A stretch of 63,970 nucleotides of DNA, counting the filler, from Octopus bimaculoides (lineage: Eukaryota): assembly GCF_001194135.2 (NCBI RefSeq). It is 7 parts of 6 records of this genome, joined end to end, with 100 filler letters (N's around TTAATTAATTAA, not from the genome) between each part and the next. Parts side by side here need not be neighbours in the genome. Positions count along the whole stretch, not along the records: positions 37,031 to 52,968 come from NC_068985.1; positions 53,069 to 55,474 come from NC_069007.1; positions 55,575 to 62,778 come from NC_069006.1; 4 more parts are not named here. One strand, given 5' to 3'. A program made the position numbers and the translations under genes. The notes under the pieces are model-generated. The model saw only the letters and a list, made by a program, of their open reading frames with translations, was not told the DNA's origin and searched no databases. Shown one piece after another: positions 49,104-61,763 of the stretch; positions within the stretch are counted from its first letter, which is position 1, and each line of letters begins with the position of its first letter.

Positions 49104-49270
49104 TACGACGGGCTTCTTTCAGTTTCCATCTACCAAATCCACTCACAAGGCTTTGGTCAGCCCGAGGCTATAGTAGAAGACACTTGCCTAAGGTGCAACG
49201 CAGTAGGACTGAACCCGTAACCATGTGGTTGGTAAGCAAACTACTTACCACACAGCCACTCCTGCGCCTA
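48815..49270 (-). mobile_element. Full-length main-family SINE (small internal gap)
   Basis: Colinear with 2923-3315, tail (ctcttttt)n. Further partial copies at 26560-26652, 27850-27965, 33365-33450, 49925-50085, 50175-50315, 55600-55835 and 63385-63490. Confidence 0.9.
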
Positions 49271-50342
49271 TCGCTTTTTATCATAGTTTTGTGTTCAATT
49301 TTTAGCATAGATTTTAACATTTTGTTTATTATTTTACTTTTTAAGAGCTGAAAGAAATTAAATTGTATAAAGTCTTACTGCAACTTAAATAAGATGAACA
49401 CATTGTTTTTGTACAATTCATGTGCAGAAACAAAATGGAAGGAAACCCACTTTTAAAGAAGACGCATACGGCTTTAATTCAAGGCTGGTTTACAAGCAGC
49501 TGATCAGTGCTATTAACCCATTAAGTATTACTGTCCTATTTTTGAGACAGAGTTTCTAAATTTATTATAAATGATATTGTAAAGTAATTTGTGTTTCTTT
49601 TGTCATTTATTTCATATTTACAATATTTTTCCAAGTATAAATAAACATAAGCAATATAACCGGAGAAATATAATCAAAGAGGCTTTAGGAGCTAAGAAAA
49701 TGTAAAAATTTGCAAATAATATGCGTTAATTAGGGAATGAAGACGGGTATTTCTTCCTCGAAGAGCTGTCAACAAACTGAGACGGTCCGTCAGGAGACAC
49801 TTTTTTTTTCTCCATATCAGTTATATAGTTATATAATTATTTAAGTCAAAGTGAGGCTTATGATACTTAAATTTGTTTATTGATTTACGCACTGTTGTGC
49901 ATTAATACATATAACTTTTTTTTTCTTGTTTCAGTTATTGAACAGCGGTCATGGACAACATATGGAAGGGTTTAATCGAATTGTGGTTACAGTAGAAGAC
50001 ATTTTCCCAAGGTGCCATGCCGTGGGACTGAACCCGAAACCAAATTGTAGCAAAGCGAACTTCTTATCCACACGGTCACGCTAGCACCTATTTAAGTTTC
50101 TCGCTATGTGCCCCGTTGCAGTTACACAGAAGGTAACAACAGCAAAAACAACAACAACAACAACAGCATCAGCAGTTTCCGTCTGCCAAATCCACTCACA
50201 AAGCTATGGTCGGTCCGAGGCTAAAGTAGAAGACATTTGCCTAAGGTGCTAGGGAGTGAGACTGAACTTGAGACCATGAGGTTGAGAAGCAAATTTCTTG
50301 CCACACAACCACGGCTATGTATCTACATGAATCTTTCTATTT

Positions 50343-50401
<59 letters not shown>

Positions 50402-50528
50402 TATACACATATACATCAATCCGTACAAACGAACATTTTAAACTCCAGTAGAGGCTCAACTGTTTGACGATCTTATGTCTTTAATCTGACATATTTCTCG
50501 CTAAAACATTAGTCCTGCAATTTATTAC

Positions 50529-50570
50529 AGACGTTCTACTTCCTATTTCGTCGTCCGCCATCATAGCCAT
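50529..50570 (-). CDS. Candidate first coding exon: MAMMADDEIGSRTS
   Basis: Kozak-like acaccATGG, 14 codons, donor TCT|gtaata, CpG-containing non-repeat context. Confidence 0.3.
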
Positions 50571-51193
50571 GGTGTTCACGTATTCCTGAAAATGTCACTT
50601 TTAATTTAGTTGAGAAACTATTTAAGACACCCCGCTTCGCTTTCGAACAGCAGAAGGCTTCAAATCAAGTGGGAAACAAGTATTAAGTTTATAAAATGGC
50701 AGAGGTGAAGTTTACATCTTGAAATAAATTATTCTTGTTGTTGCTGTTGCTGTTGTATCTACTGCTACCGATACTGCTGTTTAACCTCAGAATATGAACT
50801 ACAATACTGGATTAACTAATCGAAGAACGTATTTGGTCATCGGCGTTTCTAGTCAAGAACGTAAAGGCCTTCGCTATGGCACATGTTCTTCGAATATTTA
50901 CGACTGAAACCCATAATATCGATTTCAATAAAATGGCGAGGATTGTCTTGTTTGGAAACTAAGTTGTATCGATAAATCGGTTGAGTCACTCAACCGATTT
51001 ATCGATGCTAACTCACATAGACACAGGATTTATTGTTAGGACAGAATTTAAAATTAGTCGTAACATCATGCAGCATGATTGCTAATATAATTTCAGCATG
51101 TGCAAGCTTATTTAGTGCTTATTCTTGATGATGATGATGATGATGATGATAATAATAATAATGATTTCTTTTATTTATATTTCTTTTATAATG

Positions 51194-51257
<64 letters not shown>

Positions 51258-51261
51258 TGAT

Positions 51262-51532
51262 GACATGAGTATTCCTTGCGATCATAATATAGCGGTGAAA
51301 GAATTTGACAAGATCAGTAAATATAAAGACTTGCTAGTAGAAATTGAAAAAATGTGGCGTCTCAAGGCGACTACAGTACCAGTGGTTGTAGGATCTCTAG
51401 GAATGATAAAAAAAAAAAAAAGGTACTGAAACCTATTTGAAAATGATACCAGGCTTACCATCCCTACAGGAAGTGCAAAAAATCGTGTTAACTGGAACGA
51501 CTCATGTACTGAGAAGAGCATTATCGCTGTGA
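51262..51532 (+). mobile_element. 5'-truncated R4/Dong-like retroelement (restriction-like endonuclease C-terminus)
   Basis: DMSIPCDHNIAVKEFDKISKYKDLLVEIEKMW...VPVVVGSLGMIKK, frameshift in a poly-A run, then LQEVQKIVLTGTTHVLRRAL*. Starts directly after an (AAT)n/(GAT)n tract. Confidence 0.85.
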
Positions 51533-52454
51533 AAGCAACATCCATTCATGAATTTATTTATTTATTAATTTTTTNNNNNNNNNNNNNNNNNNNNNNNNNN
51601 NNNNNNNNNNNNNNNNNNNNNNNNNNNNNNNNNNNNNNNNNNNNNNNNNNNNNNNNNNNNNNNNNNNNNNNNNNNNNNNNNNNNNNNNNNNNNNNNNNNN
51701 NNNNNNNNNNNNNNNNNNNNNNNNNNNNNNNNNNNNNNNNNNNNNNNNNNNNNNNNNNNNNNNNNNNNNNNNNNNNNNNNNNNNNNNNNNNNNNNNNNNN
51801 NNNNNNNNNNNNNNNNNNNNNNNNNNNNNNNNNNNNNNNNNNNNNNNNNNNNNNNNNNNNNNNNNNNNNNNNNNNNNNNNNNNNNNNNNNNNNNNNNNNN
51901 NNNNNNNNNNNNNNNNNNNNNNNNNNNNNNNNNNNNNNNNNNNNNNNNNNNNNNNNNNNNNNNNNNNNNNNNNNNNNNNNNNNNNNNNNNNNNNNNNNNN
52001 NNNNNNNNNNNNNNNNNNNNNNNNNNNNNNNNNNNNNNNNNNNNNNNNNNNNNNNNNNNNNNNNNNNNNNNNNNNNNNNNNNNNNNNNNNNNNNNNNNNN
52101 NNNNNNNNNNNNNNNNNNNNNNNNNNNNNNNNNNNNNNNNNNNNNNNNNNNNNNNNNNNNNNNNNNNNNNNNNNNNNNNNNNNNNNNNNNNNNNNNNNNN
52201 NNNNNNNNNNNNNNNNNNNNNNNNNNNNNNNNNNNNNNNNNNNNNNNNNNNNNNNNNNNNNNNNNNNNNNNNNNNNNNNNNNNNNNNNNNNNNNNNNNNN
52301 NNNNNNNNNNNNNNNNNNNNNNNNNNNNNNNNNNNNNNNNNNNNNNNNNNNNNNNNNNNNNNNNNNNNNNNNNNNNNNNNNNNNNNNNNNNNNNNNNNNN
52401 NNNNNNNNNNNNNNNNNNNNNNNNNNNNNNNNNNNNNNNNNNNNNNNNNNNNNN

Positions 52455-52504
<50 letters not shown>

Positions 52505-52877
52505 CATACATATTATATATATATGGATATATAATTTATACATACATAAATGCGTACGTTTACATATATACTAGATAGATAGATAAATAGATAGATGTAT
52601 ACATATTTATAAATGCATACATATATGCATACAAACATATAATTCAGTTAAAGATGTGTTATAAGTACATAAAATAACGGGCACTGAATAAAGGACTCAA
52701 AAGAGGTGGATTTTTAATATTGGTCATACTTTTGTAGACTGTGACTTCGACGCTTTGCCGCTGGAGACTCATTGAAATTGTTTAGCGCTTTGAATAAGGT
52801 GTGAAACTTCGGAATATAAGAGAACGAAATTATATACTGAGAGAGATGATAAATAGATAGATAGATAGATAGATATT

Positions 52878-52909
<32 letters not shown>

Positions 52910-52931
52910 TATGCATATATGTATACATGCA

Positions 52932-52968
<37 letters not shown>

Positions 52969-53068
52969 NNNNNNNNNNNNNNNNNNNNNNNNNNNNNNNN
53001 NNNNNNNNNNNNTTAATTAATTAANNNNNNNNNNNNNNNNNNNNNNNNNNNNNNNNNNNNNNNNNNNN

Positions 53069-53104
<36 letters not shown>

Positions 53105-53151
53105 CTATATGTACATATATAACTGCAAGCAGTGGAATCCTTAAAACAGAA

Positions 53152-53207
<56 letters not shown>

Positions 53208-53353
53208 CATACACACATACATATATATATATAGTATATATTTATACATATGTACTGATATATATATATATATGATATATATATGTATATATATATATGT
53301 ATATGCACCTTAACTAATAGATTAAGAAGACAATATAGTTTCAGGATAATAGC

Positions 53354-53407
<54 letters not shown>

Positions 53408-54494
53408 GTCGAAAAAAAAAAACAAGACAGTTCTTTGAAAACTACGCCATTGAAAAATAATCCGGTATGATCGATACCGAGTAGTTATATAGAATCAGAG
53501 GAGAGAGCTACGACTTTAAAAAATATTAGATGCATTTTGTGAAATCCATTTTTTAAAAACGAATCGAAGTACATCAAATATAATAACTGGGTAGAAAAAG
53601 AACTGTATGCCAACAATAGAATGCGAAAGAAGAATAAAAGAAAAAAGACCTCGAAAATACGCCATCTTCTCCAAGATATTTTTGACATGATTCTATAAAA
53701 CGTAGGATACTAGGAAATTTTGAGTTAAGAGGCAATATGCGAAAATATGCGTGACTATCGTCTGGTATGTTTTATTGCAATATAATACGACGTCCAAGTA
53801 CAAAATTATGAAGTATAATTACGACCCTTTAAAGAAAAGAAAATGAGCTTAGAATAGTAAGCTCGAAGTGGTCTGTGGAATGTATTTGAATAGCAAATCT
53901 TGATTTAGTAAAATTATCTCCACCGTCATAATTAAGAAATTGTAATTAAGAGCAGCTACATTCACGCAAACGAGATAATATTGGGTTCACATTTCAGTAC
54001 AAGACCAGTAATTCTGGAAAAGGGTTGAAGTCGACTACATCAACCCCAGTGTCCAACTGGTACTTATTCTATTGACGCTAAAAAATATGAAAGGCAAAGT
54101 CGACCTCGGCGAAAGTTCATATCAGAACGTAAAACCGGACGAAATGCCGCTAAGCATTTTACTCGGCGTGGTAATGATTCTGCCAAGTCGCTGCTATATA
54201 ACAAAGACGATAATCTTAAGAATCAAGAATTCTAAAGTTGACATGTTAAGAAAAGGCATAGATTTATTGTCTGGAGACAAGAGAAGAATAACGGACACGT
54301 TTCTGCCTAATACGGATTCATCAGAACACTAAGTGCTTCACATTATTTTCAGTAGCGAACGGACTTCACTTATACAAAATAGAGAACATACTTATGGCCT
54401 AAATTTATACAAAAGTCAGCACAAATCGTGGCATGTATTTGGAAAACATGGAATACACAGGTGTATTAAATAACATAAAAATTTAATTCTTGAG

Positions 54495-54780
54495 CAGTGG
54501 TTCTCAACCGGGAACAATATGACCCCTGAGGGTTCATATAAGGTGTTTGGGGTTCCACGTTAGAAAATAGTAAATTTGGGATCCACAATACTTTTCTAAA
54601 GGCCCTTGAAAAAATTATTTATTAGATGTATTTATTGGTATGTATTGCAAGAAACTGCTAGATTTCTGTCTCAAACATTTTACATAATACAGCCTACACA
54701 AGTTAATGTGTGAAAATCAAAATTGGAATTTTGAAACAAGTTTCTATAAAAACATTTTAAAATGTTGAATGGCTGTAATT
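54495..54780. mobile_element. Degraded hAT MITE
   Basis: Left end CAGTGGTTCTCAACC; right end and TSD not recoverable. Confidence 0.5.
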
Positions 54781-55410
54781 ATAAAGTAATGATTTTGAGT
54801 GATTCGACGGATTTCGCGTCTATCTTCAGTATATAGGCACAGAAGACTCCGTACTCTTAATTATAATTGTGTTTTATACTATTATAAATCTCTATGCATA
54901 CATTTACTTAAATAGGTCTATTTTATATGCTGGCCATTGATAAATTTTTTAATGATTTTATAATTTAATTATAACGTCACGCATCCTTTTCCAAGTAAGT
55001 TTTGTCTTAATAACTCCGATGCGTTTCTTTCTTTCTTTCTTTCTTCCTTTCTTCCTTTTACTCTGTTGTTTTCTCTCTTCTATTCGTTTACCTCCTCTCC
55101 CACTATTCTATCCTTTTGCTTTTTCGTTCTCCCTCTACCTTTCTCTTGTTCTTTTGCCTCCTCTTCTCTCTCTATTCTATCCTTCTTCTCTTTCGTTTTC
55201 TCTCTTCCTTTCATTTGCCTCTCCTTCTCCCTCTCTAGTTTTCTCTCTTATCCTGCCTCCAGATCTTTTCCTTTCCCGTTCACAGTTCTCTGTCTGTCAC
55301 TCTCTCTCCCTCACTCTTCCTCCTTTGCCCACATGACCACCGGCTATTCTCCTAACTTGTGTTTTTCTTTCTTTCTTCTTGCTTCATTTCCACAGTGAAG
55401 ACATATTGCT

Positions 55411-55474
<64 letters not shown>

Positions 55475-56588
55475 NNNNNNNNNNNNNNNNNNNNNNNNNN
55501 NNNNNNNNNNNNNNNNNNTTAATTAATTAANNNNNNNNNNNNNNNNNNNNNNNNNNNNNNNNNNNNNNNNNNNNAGTGACATTATGTCAATCTAGATGTG
55601 CTGTAGGGCTTCTGGGCTGACCAAAGCCTTGCCAATGGATTTGGTAGACGGAAACTGAAAGAAGCCCATCATATATGGTGTGTTTACGTCCCCGTAATTT
55701 AGAGGTTCGGCAAAAGAGACCGATAGAATAAGTACTAGGCTTCCAAAGAATAAGTCCTGGGGTCGATTTGCTCGACTAAAAAAGGCGGAGCTCCAGCATG
55801 GCCACAGTCAAATGACTGAAACAAGTAAAAGAGTAATCACATTCACTGGTTTACATCCGTTTCCACTATAAAGACTAGCAGAGTGATCGTGTGACGTAAC
55901 TTCAGCTATGATCTCTCTCTCTGTCTCTCTCTTCACACAAGCGCGCGCGCATATAAAACATTCTCAAAAGTTAATCGATTTTGTTTCTTTTAACAGCAAC
56001 AAAACACAAACTTTACTCATAGAAAAAAAATCACTGCACACAACCCTTTTAATCACGATCAACATGCAGCCAGAGCCCTTACAATGCTCACGTGAAGTCA
56101 ACAACGAAGTTTTGCTCTCACAACTGGGGCCGTCTTGCTGCTGCTGCTGTTGCACTTTCCACATCTAGAGATGGTCCCCAGACTGACTGGCATTCACAGA
56201 AACGTTCCAGCCTGTCGCTTTCAGGGGCACAATCACTTCTCCCACCACTTCAAGGCCTCAACTCATCAGAACTGGCTGGGATCATGTCATCCATCACTCG
56301 GCCATTCCAGACCCTCGCTTTCCCCTTAACACCCTGGCTGTATCCAACCTCTAAAGCTCTCTATGAATCACAATACCCAGTTCTTCCTTTCCATAACTCT
56401 AGGATTCCCTCTTTGTCCATACCTTTCCCGAGAAACATGACCTCGATCTAAAGGTCTAGGAGCAACCGAGATGGTTTGGGGCACTGCCTCTAGCTCAGAC
56501 CCAGAAAATTACATACGCATGTGTGCGTGTGTGTATAGACAGCCAGCCAGCCAGACAGACAGACAGACAGACAGATAGATAGATAGAT

Positions 56589-56642
<54 letters not shown>

Positions 56643-57147
56643 TGTCCCTTTACTTCTTGATATAAAAATCTACTCGATCAAGGAATTTAAAATAACATCG
56701 ATTAAATAAATGTTTATTTATTTTGTTTTGCTTTTGGTTGGTTGCTAGTTTCGATGTCCTAAGTTATATAGTGACAGGTTCGTAAACAGAAAAAGTTGTC
56801 TTTTTTTTTTCCTTGGAAATTATGACATTGCAAATTTCTAATGAAAAGTGATATTTCTAGGGGTTTGTGACAGAGAAAGAAAACTGAATAGAAGACTGGA
56901 GCTTCGCATATTCCAATAAAAGATCCAAGATACGAAAAGAGCTATGGGTATATAAAATATAAACTCCTCACTCACATTTGGACAGTTTTTATAATCTTTA
57001 TTAAACGATTGACTGTGTTTAGACCAAAGCATTACATCTATCTATCTATCTCTGTGTCTATCCATCTATCTATCTATCTATACACACGCATACACGTGAT
57101 ATAGTACAAAATGTAAAGCATCAAATTACAAGTAAATAAATACTCAC

Positions 57148-57234
57148 CAACTGGAAATTTATAAAAAAGCTGGGTGTGGTTGATGTCGATGTCGGGTGTT
57201 TGATGTCGTTTATGAAGAGTTTTAAGAATCCACA
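57148..57234 (-). other. Candidate exon end (coding or 5' UTR) with consensus donor TTG|gtgagt
   Basis: Perfect GTGAGT donor at 57142-57147; acceptor weak; two frames open. Confidence 0.3.
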
Positions 57235-58468
57235 CTGAAGCAGTTACACTCGGGATGCACACAAGATAGGCACTAAAAGTTAAAATGTGGGTGTGAAGAC
57301 AGAAATAAAAATTTTAAAAAATGTGACGATGTGAATGTATGTGTGGGGGTGGGTGAGTGTCTGGTGTTTCTGCCGATAATCAAACCATTTTAAAGTGATT
57401 TTTAAAGAACAGTTTGTTTCTGGACAATTATCTTCAAATATTATAAAGAATGAAAGAAGGAAATGAGAAAGAGAAGAGTTTAATGAGAGAGAGAGAGAGA
57501 GAGAAATGAATGAGACAATGAGAGAAAAAAGTTGAAGAGAAGATTGTGATAGAATTAAATATTAAAAGTATTAAAAGTTTCTGTTTTTCAAAACAAGTTC
57601 TCTGCTATAAAACAAATTCATGAATTGCTTACATCGATCGGGAAATAAAAGAGAAACAAGAAGTTAAATCACAGTGGTTGGGGTTTGAGTTTGGTGTAAA
57701 TTAAAAATCAACAAATTTTCGATCACAAATTCAGTTTTTTTGTTTTTGTTTTTGTTTTCTTTTTTTTAAATATTAAAAGAATTTGGTTTTGGTGATGAGA
57801 GAAAATGAATTGTTTTGTCAGTTATTATGGTGAAAGTTGTCGAATGATGAGCAATTTGGAGTTTTCCATTTTCGGTTGGAAAGGAGGAGAGGTTAGGAAG
57901 GGTTCGAAAGGATCGGTAAAGGCTTCAAAAACTAAAATGAAAACATAAAAACAAATCTGAATCACGAGAAATGTTGGAAAGGTTTGGGGTAAAAACCGGT
58001 GTAGCAGAGAAAATAATCTCCTGCTTAACAACGGTCCTGACACTTGTTCATTGTACTCGTTCATTAAAGCAATAATGGATTATGAATAAATGAAGGAGAG
58101 ACTTAAACAAGATCGAATTCTATCAGTGTTAACAAAGGCAAATATACGTAAATCAAATAGGATCAATAAATCAACTCGGATTTCCTTTGCCAAATAACTG
58201 ACTTTGTGTCTAAAAAAGGAGATAAAAAAAACAACACATCTTACGTGGTTTCTTCAAAGAAAGGATCTTGTTGTTCATTTGTGCCACATTCCTGATAAAG
58301 TACTTATGCTAATAATTTCCTTTAAATGATAGTTTGAGTATTTTGCACTGCATGAAAATAGTCCAAAGGCTGAAGTTGATGTGGATTGATAGATAGCCTA
58401 TTGTACTCGAAGTCAAGTGGTCGGCCGTTGATCTGCTTTTATGCCTGAGACTAAAAATTAGTGATAGG

Positions 58469-58766
58469 CAGTGGCGGACTGGCCAGGTTGCCAGCTTCCC
58501 CGATGGTAAGTGGGCCCCTGAGCCATTAGAATCCATACATGGAGGCCTATGTTAGTATCCAAGGGGGCACATCCCCCTCAAGTTTAAGAATTTTTTATTC
58601 ACTCCTGGAAGAATGCATTAATTATATCAGCTGGCTGTGTTTGTTGACAGTTGAAAAGAATACTTTTAACAAAAAAAAAAAAAAAAATTAAATGATAGCA
58701 GTGTAGTTGCGAGTGGACCCCCTTAGTCTCCTGGTCACCAATATTTTTAGACCCAGTCCGCCACTG
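58469..58766. mobile_element. hAT MITE
   Basis: Perfect 14-bp TIRs CAGTGGCGGACTGG / CCAGTCCGCCACTG; 8-bp TSD gtgatagg / gtaatagg. Confidence 0.92.
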
Positions 58767-58859
58767 GTAATAGGGCTACGTTCATCTCACCCTTTTAAGG
58801 AGTAAGGCATGAATAAATTTTGAAAAGGAATATTTAAAAGATACTGTTGGATCAGGGTC

Positions 58860-59445
58860 TACCTCTTCCACAGGTTCCTTCGCCAGTTAGAGTGTGGCAC
58901 TTCCTCACACAGCTGTCCTCATCCATACGTAACACATGACCATGCAGTCGTCTCTCTTGCACACCACATTTGATGCTTCATATGCCCAACTTTCCTCTCA
59001 GGGCGCTTACCCTCAGTCGTGTATGCACACTGACATTACAAATCCAGCGGATCATACAAACTTCATTTTTTTCATGCCTGCACATGTCCTCAGCAATCAT
59101 GGTTCATGTTTCACGGCCGTGTAGCATGGCAGTTCACACACATGCATCATACAGTCTACCTTTCATCCTGAGCGAGTGGCCCTTAGTTGCCAGCAGAGGT
59201 AGGAGCTCCCTGATCTTTGCCTAGGCTATTCTTATTCTAGCCACTACACTCTCAGAGCAACTACCCCCACTTTAGACTTGGTCGCCTAGCTAGTGGAAGC
59301 TATTTACCTCTAGCTTTTCCACCTGGCATGTGATGGAATCTGTTGTCTGTATATCTTCAGTGTTTATTGCCCCTGTGCAACTGCTAAAGTTGGTGGAGCC
59401 CATCTGTTTGATGGTCTTGTGAAGTTTATCAGTGGTTCTGCTCCG
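58860..59445 (-). mobile_element. RTE LINE 3' ORF fragment, same family as 9215-12280
   Basis: Reverse complement aligns with about 11600-12140 (ctgtatgatgcatgtgtg, atggatgaggacagctgtgtg). Confidence 0.9.
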
Positions 59446-59644
59446 TTTACACTGCACAAAACTAAAAGCACAAATTCTATGAATAACTCCCAAGGACAAT
59501 TCAAGATACTCAAATTGATGAACAGCTGCTGATGCTTGGTGACTTCAACACCAAAGTCGGTGCCAACCATGATTCTTGGCTAAGTTGCTTGAGCTCAAAT
59601 AATAACAGACAGTGATTATATGAGTTTTGCACACTTCATGGTCT

Positions 59645-59995
59645 TGTAGTAACGCCTTGTCTCATGCGCATGCGTGGAGTTCAACATCTAAAACGTTCCC
59701 GCTCTTATTCATTCTCTCTTCTCGCCGGCCGGCGAAGAGGTCAGACGCACAAGCAGTCTCTCCAACATTCCAACTCTGGAGACAGCTCTTTCCAACATTC
59801 CAACTCTGGAGCTAGACAAATAACCACCAACATCATTGACGGCTTCTCAGCAACCAAAGGGCGAAGTGCTGCCTATTAACTCTGTGAATAAATATTGTTG
59901 TGTTGATAGTTCAGAATCTGCGTTCCGTTATTTCTTCAGAAATTTAATGTACGAAAGCGGGTATACACCTAATGGTGTATAACCACTTTCCTAAA
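59645..59995 (+). mobile_element. Solo-LTR-like element (351 bp) with 4-bp TSD GTCT
   Basis: gtct|TGTAGTAACG...CTTTCCTAAA|gtct; interrupts a LINE coding remnant; homologous to 6626-6969; internal duplication of about 27 bp near 59758-59815. Confidence 0.8.
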
Positions 59996-60704
59996 GTCTG
60001 TATCTTACTATCACTTACTTGCAAAACAGAGGCCAGCATAAAGAGCTGAGGACATCTCTGCTCCAAACACTGGCACCAAGTGATCCTGATTCTCACAAGA
60101 TCTTGCTGCTTGAGGAATGTGGCTGTGACTTCCAGAGTACAGAGTACTAGTTTGCAGCAAGATTAGATTTGAAACAAAGATGTATTGTATGAAACCACTC
60201 AGGGAGCATGCATTGGTGTCACTATTAAGGACTTGTATTTCGTTATGCAACCCTAATATAAAACAAAGTATATTAAACACTTTTATTAGTCAATACTGTG
60301 TTAGCAGTGCTATCAAATCATTTGTTAAGGTTATCTCATAACAAAATCAGTTCTGGTTATAATTTCTATAGAAAATCTGTAGAGATAACCTTGACGAGTG
60401 ATATCACTATGACATGATGCTTAAGGAAAGTAGGTAAGGTTATCAAGTAAATGGAACATGCCCTCCCTGCAGACCTACCAAAAGAAGATACACAGATGTG
60501 ATAGGATTCTCTCAATGTAGCTTCAGGTTAGAACTGCAAAAATAACATAATTTTCTCCCTCTGATATCTACAAGAAATGCAAGGAGTAAAGACAACCATT
60601 CTGCATCACTTTTATTGACCTCATGAAAATCCAGCTATGATTGAGTCCTTTTTCAAGTTACTCAGAATTGCTCAGTAATTCTACACAGACACCAACTCTT
60701 ATTA

Positions 60705-61097
60705 CTTGTTTCAGTCATTTGACTGCAGCCATGCTGGAGCACCGCCTATAGTCGAGCAAATCGACCCCAGGACTTATTCTTTGTAAGCCTAGTACTTATT
60801 CTATCGGTCTCTTTTGCCGAACCGCTAAGTTACTGGGACGTAAACACACCAGCATCGGTTGTCAAGCGATGTTGGGGGGGGGGGGACAGACACAGACACA
60901 CAAACACACACATATATATACATATACATATATACGACGGGCTTCTTTCAGTTTCCGTCTACCAAATCTACTCACAAGGCTTTGGTCAGCCCGAGGCTAT
61001 AGTAGAAGACACTTGCCCAAGGTGCCACGCAGTGGGACTCAACCCAGAACCATGTGGTTGGTAAGCAAGCTACTTACCACACAGCCACTCCTGTGCC
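60705..61097 (-). mobile_element. Full-length, little-diverged main-family SINE
   Basis: Colinear with and very similar to 48815-49270. Confidence 0.9.
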
Positions 61098-61429
61098 CAT
61101 ACAACATCATTTATTTGCATGGCTCTTTTTCAGAAGCCTTCAGCATTTACAGTGGAGTGAAACAAGATTGTATGCTTGGTCCACTCTTTACTGAATAAAA
61201 GGTAACAAGCAGTATTTTGATTCAGAATTGACCGGGCAAAATATGAGATTACGACCCCCCACAAAGGAGATAAATGACCACAACTTGGGGTGAAGCACTG
61301 TTGGAGAGAACCTGCCCTGTTTACCCCCTGCAAGCACTTCTATCACTTCTCACTTGCATCATTCAAATTTTATTTCTCCCCCCTCTAATCGCCCCTAGGC
61401 TCTAGTTCCATCAAAGACAAGACAGCCCT

Positions 61430-61763
61430 TAAATATTTAGTCTATTTCTGCATCAACATCAGCGTTAATTAACGAAACTAGGTGCTGATGAACGAAGGAA
61501 TGGAGACATTTATTAGGATTTTGTCTTTAGTGATGCTGGGGACATCTTGAGTGCAGGTATCACAATAAAAGCTAAAGGGAAAAAAAATTACTAAAAGTGA
61601 AACTTTTGAGTGAAATGTGGGCCTCAATCAATCAAGGAAGTTTTAATTTCAAATAACAACTAACTCAATCTGTGATAACCCATGCTAGCATGGAAATATA
61701 GGCATAAAATAATAAATATTTAGTCTATTTCTGCATCAACATCAGCGTTAATTAACGAAACTA
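61430..61763. repeat. Perfect 51-bp direct repeat (61430-61480 and 61713-61763) around a 232-bp insert
   Basis: taaatatttagtctatttctgcatcaacatcagcgttaattaacgaaacta occurs twice. Confidence 0.9.

Larger units (their letters stand above)
59460..61200 (+). mobile_element. Old RTE/BovB-like LINE remnant interrupted by a solo LTR and a SINE
   Basis: APE motif LMLGDFNTKVGANHDSW, then SKHWHQ after the LTR, then RT motif FSIYSGVKQDCMLGPLF after the SINE. Confidence 0.8.

Noticed and set aside
6681-53249. Long ORFs (200-390 aa) in the ORF track
   Set aside because: They are open only because N runs translate as X, or because microsatellites lack stops.
53485-54332. Short protein-like frames (MSKISWRRW..., VDMLRKGIDLLSGD...)
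   Set aside because: No consistent splice pairs or motifs; the second frame starts inside a SINE.
56160-56460. GC-rich segment containing CTGATGAG on the minus strand
   Set aside because: No GAAA or stem match for a hammerhead; more likely a decayed LINE 3' fragment, but too weak to call.
61470-61500. CGAAAC...CTGATGA near the 51-bp repeat as a hammerhead
   Set aside because: No stem I, and the cleavage position would be G.
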